Shown here in pieces: positions 57,028 through 64,000 of a stretch of 64,000 nucleotides of DNA. The notes under the pieces were generated by a model. It had not been told where the DNA came from. It was given only the letters and a program-made list of their open reading frames with translations, and did no database searches. Position numbers and translations under genes: made by a program. The stretch's first letter is position 1, and each line of letters opens with the position of its first letter. Source of the stretch: Octopus vulgaris (Eukaryota); the NCBI GenBank assembly GCA_951406725.2, contig OX597819.1, positions 18,104,001 through 18,168,000 of the forward strand, written 5' to 3'.

Positions 57028-57474
57028 TTTAACATCTGCACTCTTCCCCCCACTATCTGATGTCGCTGGGTCAGAAGTGAGGGCTAGTGACATTTAGTAA
57101 AGCTATCGAATATAGCGCCGATGACGGAATTCAAACTGATTTCCACGTTTGCGATCCAGAAACATATGTCCGCTATTAACGGTAAGTGACTGAATTCGTA
57201 TATTTGCCACTCCGGTTTTGTGTATGTGAGCCGTAAGGGATTCGTTTTTGGATTCTCCACTTATAGAAATTGGAAAAACGGTCTTTGACTGCCATTTCTA
57301 ATTCCTTCGGTATGAGGTGAAACAGCCTGCTGTTAACCTTCTTATTTTTTCTTTACTATATACTGAACCTTACAAAGGTCTTGACAATTAATTTGTCGTA
57401 TTTACATACCGAAATTTGCCGGTAAATAATTGTTGGTTACATGATAAACCACAGGAAAATTATTTACCATTTTT

Positions 57475-57551
<77 letters not shown>

Positions 57552-57702
57552 GTGTATATAGTCGAAATTTACAGGAAAACAGATGAAGACATGTGTATGA
57601 ACAACAAGGAGGTGTATCAGTTTAACACTCGGGAAAGCGAGAAAGTATTTTGCGTTTTAAGACACTGCTCTTGAACGAAAAGTAATATATGTACATACAT
57701 AT

Positions 57703-57803
<101 letters not shown>

Positions 57804-58780
57804 TGTACGTATGTATGTATGTATGTCTGTATACTTAAAGGCGGACGAGTGGACACGGCAAAGAAAGAGGCACAAGTAGTACTCTTCCCATTTAGGAGTT
57901 ACATATATTATCATTTAAAACAGTTTGATTCAGTTTCATGCAACTTAGTGTTTCGTAGGCTCCTCACAGAAACCTAGGTCATTTGGACTCAGGTACAGAC
58001 ATACATACAGTTACATATACTTAAAGACACGCACACAATTGATTTACTTGCTGTAGTAATGGCATAGTCATACTTTGAATACAACATCACAGCATGTTGT
58101 ATGAGTAAGCTCGATCTGCATGAAATAGCAAGCTAATCACACTGAATCACCTGCTTTGTTGTTTAGAAATAAACCGTCACAAGCAGCAATATGGTTCTAG
58201 ATACATGCAATGAGATTAAACTGGACAAAGGGAAGGCCACACCCGGACTTTTACATCTAACATAAAAAAAAAAAAACATTTACATTACATTCTCTTCAGT
58301 TGAAAAGGAACTTATTAAATAACGAGGTTTTGTAATCACCACAATTAGGAATAAACACGATGTTCTCGACTGAATGACACGTGATCCTATGACTGTGCCA
58401 TCAGCATTGCGAGCGGTTCATCAGCGTTAACAATGCTGCATAAACAAGACATTCGCGACTGACATGATGTCTTTATCCAACAAACTTTGCACGAAATACT
58501 GTTATTCTTGAGGATAATTTTCAGATGCTACTTTTTAGTAGAAAACTGTTTACTGGTAATAGTTTTAGATATATTGTACGTAATATTCATACATGAAGTG
58601 TGTGTGTGTGTGTGTGGGGGGAAACAATTATAGTTTTGTCCGTTGCTTTCCTGGCAGGGGGTCGGTGTTGGCTGAATTCTATCCTGAAATTAGAGGACAC
58701 GACACGTTTTTGAATTCATTAAAGATGATGAATAATGCCGATGATTGATTATTTTTGATCACACTCGATAGACGATCGAA

Positions 58781-59015
58781 TTTATTTGTTTCTTTATTAA
58801 CCACAAGGGGCTAAACATAGAGGGGACAAACAAGGACAGACAAACGGATTAAGTCGATTACATCGACCCCAGTGCGTAACTGGTACTTAATTTATCGACC
58901 CCGAAAGGATGAAAGGCAAAGTTAACCTCGGCGGAATTCGAACTCAGAACGTAGCGACGGGCGAAATACCGCGAAGCACTTCGCCCGCCTTGCTAACGTC
59001 TCTGCCAGCTCGCCT
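58781..59015 (-). mobile_element. SINE (AGGCGAGCTGGCAGA family), well preserved
   Basis: Minus strand GAGCTGGCAGAGACGTTAGC...GTTCTGAGTTCGAATTCC...GCCTTTCATCCTTTCGGGGTCGATAAATTAAGTACCAG; tail ..AGCCCCTTGTGGTTAATAAAGAAAC. Confidence 0.85.
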
Positions 59016-60142
59016 ACCATCTAAATGATCTTCCATGCACCTTATTTAAAGAATATGCGATCTACCATATTCAACCAAAGTGCAAACCATGTACACTTTT
59101 GTAAAAGATTGGAGGTAAAGACGACTTTACATGTGCGAAGAACATTTTAAAGCAGATTTCACTATATTATTATTAGACCGAACCGATAAATACGTCTCTT
59201 TGTCGGAATTGAATTCATTCTCAAGTTCTGACATTTGTCAAACAAATTGTTGATGAACTAAGATCGAAGACACATCGCACAGAAACACTGATAAGTTACT
59301 TTATACACACACACACACACAAACACACACACCCACACCCACACACACGTATGTATTTATGTATGTAAATACACACACACAAACATATATTTCTATATAA
59401 ACATAAAATTCTTTATGCATATAAATGGGTTTTACGTGTGGGAATACATATATACATACGTACGTAATATATATATATATATACATACATATATACATAC
59501 ATATATATGTGTGTGTGTGTGTCTGTGTGTGTGTGTGCGTGTAAAGTCATGAGCATGTATGCATTTGTATTTAAATTATATATTTCTATACATTTATATA
59601 TGCATATCTACAAGCGTACCTACACCAGGATTATTGTAATTTTTCTGTAGATTTTCGATATTTGATTTCAATACAACCTCTCATGCAGTTGCACACACAT
59701 GCGCATGCGCACACATACGCACTCACTCTCTCTCTCACACTCACAGTCTCACGCACTCTCTCTCACGCACTCAGTCACATACACACACACATATATACGG
59801 ATACAAATGTATATGTGTTTGTACACATACGAATCTCTATAGTTGTCGAAAGACACATACACACTTTCAATAGTTGTTTCTGTTTTTTACTCGTTTATAT
59901 TTATTTTCACATATCGTTTCTTAGTTTACAGATTTCTTTCTCCGTCATCTTGCCTTAAAACTGTTTATCGATAAAATTTCTTCCAATTAGGCATAAATTG
60001 AGATTTGAAATATTGTCAGAACGAATTGATTTGCGATATCTGAAAATTGTGTCAGTCTGTCCAGAAAAAAACGGTTACTCGGTCACATTATATTCCGATG
60101 TCTTGTGACAATACTACATAGAAAAATATAATACCAACAGCA

Positions 60143-60213
<71 letters not shown>

Positions 60214-60322
60214 CATATATACATATACATATATATATATATATATATATGTATGCATATATATATATATATATATACACATACATATATATATATATAT
60301 ATACACACACACATATATATAA

Positions 60323-60413
<91 letters not shown>

Positions 60414-60438
60414 CATATATATATATATATATACACAC

Positions 60439-60469
<31 letters not shown>

Positions 60470-61089
60470 AATGTGTATATATATATATATATATATGTAT
60501 TTATATATGTATGTATATATATGCACGTAGACATACATGTTCAGATGCAAACATATTTATAAATGTGTTTTTGTGTGTATGTTTTGCTTCGCGTATACTT
60601 GCATATCAGTATTTCTTTTCCCCGAAGAGAAAGGTCGGTGACTAAGTATATGTCTTAAATTTCACAGCCTGAAAATGCGAAATTATGTGAAAAATTACTT
60701 CTTTTATTATGGTAAGTAATATATTACCTGATTCTGATATCTTTTTCGTTATTTTCTCTGACACTTTTCCTATCCGTTCATAAAGTTAAAATCCAATCAA
60801 TGTTTTATGATATATCCACATGAATGAAATATTACAACTTATCTAAAAAGGTTCACAGAATGCCCCCGCAATTACATTTTGGAATATCTTGATTGTCATA
60901 AACAAATAAACTAGCTCAATATTCTTAAAAATTGCAATTAGATATAAAAATTGTATATGAAGGTGCGTGCATATTTCTAATAAAGTCCTTGAAACCTACT
61001 CCCGTTTATGCACAGAGCGTCATTTAAGTTTGATTATGGCGTCGGATTATATTTGTCGGCCCAGGCAAAGTGTTATAGTTAAGAACAGA

Positions 61090-61202
61090 AATTTAATAGA
61101 TACTAACCACAGGATTCCGAGTTCGATTCCAAGTAGTGACCTTAATAATGATAATAATAATAATAATAACAACAACAATATCAAAAGATACCTTAAGAAT
61201 TA
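61090..61202 (+). mobile_element. 5' fragment of the 23968-24259 SINE family
   Basis: GATTCCGAGTTCGATTCCA.G.AG.GACCT.(AAT)n..ATACCT.A.GAAT; truncated before the HHR region. Confidence 0.65.
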
Positions 61203-61733
61203 GATATTGGTTCATAAATTTTTGTTGTTGCCACTTAAAGCATGCGGAACCCATGCTCCATATTTCTGAACCCTTCACATCGAGTGAAGATGCTTCTCCA
61301 TAGCAGCGTGAAGGCTTTCCATTTTCTCTGCCAGTTCCCTTGTCGTTTGACGAGGATTTTCGTGCAAAAGTTGGTTTAATTGCTCTTCATCGCACTCAAC
61401 TGGATGGCCATCTTTGAACTTGGCATACCAATTGCGAGTGCTTCTTTCAGCTATGGCACCATCTCCATACACAGCACAAATGTCGTGAGCAGCTTTTGCA
61501 CCCTTAGAACATTGATTAGAAGCCACAGAAGGCGGTATCGAAAGTGCTCGTTTTTCTTAAATTGACATTCCATTTTAATGATCTGAAAATAAACAAAAAT
61601 TTACTAAAATTAACTAGAAAAACCCCAAAATGATTCAAAAATAGAATTCTCGAAAAAGAAAAGATTCCAAAAGTTATTAACTCAATAAATTTTAAAATAA
61701 AAAAAAATGCGGTAACTTAGTTGCCAACCCAAT
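61203..61733 (-). mobile_element. Mariner transposon 5' half (TIR plus transposase N-terminus pseudogene)
   Basis: KAAHDICAVYGDGAIAERSTRNWYAKFKDG..ENPRQTTRELAEKM..GAWVPHAL (WVPHEL motif); TIR TATTGGGTTGGCAACTAAGTT at the right end. Confidence 0.9.
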
Positions 61734-61734
61734 A

Positions 61735-62030
61735 ATTTGAGACAAAGAAGAGAAACTGTGTACAGTTATGGGAATCAGATATCCAGTGTATGTTAACATA
61801 AAGCTAAAGATTAGCGAAAAAGAAAATATCTACGCTGAACCATTCGGGAATCTACATTTAATCTATTCAAACTACAAGTTCAAGTTTTTACCTGTAATTA
61901 TGGGATCATTGCAATATGTAATTCATTGCCTGAATATTAATCTCGAAACCAGAAAGGAGAAAGCTGATTCGAAGACTATAGATTCAAGCCATCACTGGAA
62001 CTGTAAATATCTGTACAACTGTCCAGTAGA
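61735..62030 (+). mobile_element. RLE-type (R4/Dong-like) LINE 3' remnant
   Basis: DKEEKLCTVM..P.YVNIKLKISEKENIYAE..PVIMGSL..IQAITGTV: restriction-like endonuclease region. Confidence 0.7.
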
Positions 62031-62167
62031 TTATCATTTAAGTATATATGAACATGTCTAGATACGCAAAAAAATGAGAATACATACATAATACAAAACA
62101 TACAAATCTTCATATATACATATATACATACATGTCTACATATATTTATATATATATATACACACGC

Positions 62168-62252
<85 letters not shown>

Positions 62253-62354
62253 CATACGAAAATACCCTGTTGTTGATGTTGAAGTTCCAACGAAGGCTTT
62301 TAGGTTAGAAACCGACTCTTCTCTATTGGCAAGAAATCTTGAAATAAAACTGAA

Positions 62355-62423
<69 letters not shown>

Positions 62424-63599
62424 TGTACTCATTGTTCCTGAACTTAAAAATATATTTTTGTCGTGTAGTAAATAATGCTAACGAAGGCTCTGCACCAAAA
62501 CTGCCCAGTTCAGCCCTACATAACTATAGAACCTGTCATTCCAGAGAATGAGATGTTGCAGAGTGAATTCCATATGATCATGTTGGAAAAACAGTGTAAC
62601 CGTAATTTCTGTGAGCCATAGAGCAAAGTAAGATCCTTATTAGCAACGAAGATGTAAGCTGAAAATGGGACATAAAACGATGTCCTTCGTCTCGCATATC
62701 GTCTATAAGAATTGAAAATAACTTCGATCGCTTGGTCAGAATGAAACACTTGAGGGCAATTGAAAAAATATAAGCTGAAAGTTGAGCATAAATTCACCGA
62801 TGAGAGGAGGAACTACTGTTTATTGATCAAGAAAAAATATTTAAGAATTAATTTAGTATCACTAGAGAATAAAAAAATACGAGAATAATTAGAATTCATA
62901 AAATAACAATGCAAACTCACGTAAACGAATGAAAAGATGGATTCACCAGAATACACTAAATATAAAATGCCTAAAAGAAAAAAAACTAGAGATACAGCTT
63001 ACGACAAAAATGACAAGAAATCGAGTGAATGTCTCTAGAAAACCTGATTCAAATTACACCATGGAGTCAGAAAAAATCCACGAGCTGAATAGACACAGGG
63101 AGAAAATACAAACACATTAAGGAGGATAATAACTATGAAAGGTCCCCGCAGATAGGAGCTTTGGAATGAATACCTAGCCACAACACAGAATATATTCTGG
63201 TCTCCTCTGAAAAGAAATAATTGAAATAAAAACAAACATGACACGAGAATAAACAGAGTAAACAATGATGAAGTAATAAACAAAATGGAGTGAGAAGTGA
63301 CTATTAAAAGATCAATCACTATTGATGAACGAAACACCTTGCCAAGCGAAGAATAATCAAACAACTCTACTAAATAATACTGAAATAAATCCAAGCCCTC
63401 GACGTAATGTATTGTTGTTGTTGTTGTTGTCTGTAAAGAGCCGTTCTTGACACAGAACCGGAACTTAATTTATTCAGTAACCATGGTATTTGCGAGTAAA
63501 ACTTGACTCAAAGCTCATAGCGTAAGTCAATTTTCCTCCCAGGCACAAGAAAAAAAAAATTTCCAGTGGAAATATATATACAATACAATAAAAAGCCTA

Positions 63600-64000
63600 A
63601 CCATTTTCAGTGAAATAGAAACGGAGACAGCTAATAAGGAAAAGAAATGAAAAACGAATAACCATTCAGGAAATGCAGTATTGGATAAAGAGGAGAGATT
63701 ATCGAAGTGAAAGAAAAAATTAAAACAACTCACGCTGGCAAATATAGGCTGGATAAAACGATTTGAAAGACGTGAGTGGTTCTTGCATCAAAATCACGTA
63801 CCTGAAACAAAATACTAAAACAATTTCAGTGAGACGCCAAAAAGATAATAAAACACAAAAATAAATGAAACATCATAGCGGAATCTTCACTAACAACAAT
63901 AAAACATCTATGATATTAGGGGAATATATGGAACCAAAATATGCACAATGGATAAGGAAAGATAAATCAATAATAACCCTACAGGTTAACCGAGCATAAC
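63600..64000 (+). mobile_element. Decayed R4/Dong-like LINE, pre-RT region, runs off the window end
   Basis: LKQLTLANIGWIKRFERREWFLHQN and NAQWI-like fragments, comparable to 26980-27130. Confidence 0.5.

Overview
Very AT-rich, microsatellite-dense animal genomic DNA. The repeat landscape most resembles a cephalopod (Octopus-like) genome; this is recognition from memory, not a database result. No intact host protein-coding gene is visible, and almost all listed ORFs are microsatellite translations, so the window reads as intergenic or intronic. It contains several tRNA-derived SINE families, decayed R4/Dong-like and CR1-like LINEs, Penelope-like element (PLE) remnants, Tc1/mariner remnants, non-autonomous Helitrons and MITE/foldback elements. 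The most notable signal is a set of hammerhead-ribozyme (HHR) repeats. (1) A 364-bp tandem, highly structured, retrozyme-like repeat at 30021-30947 has one minimal type I HHR per unit and a compensatory base change between units. (2) A candidate non-circularly permuted HHR lies on the minus strand at 31270-31344, with a decayed second copy near 40.0 kb. (3) A tRNA-headed SINE at 23968-24259 carries a PLE-type minimal HHR.
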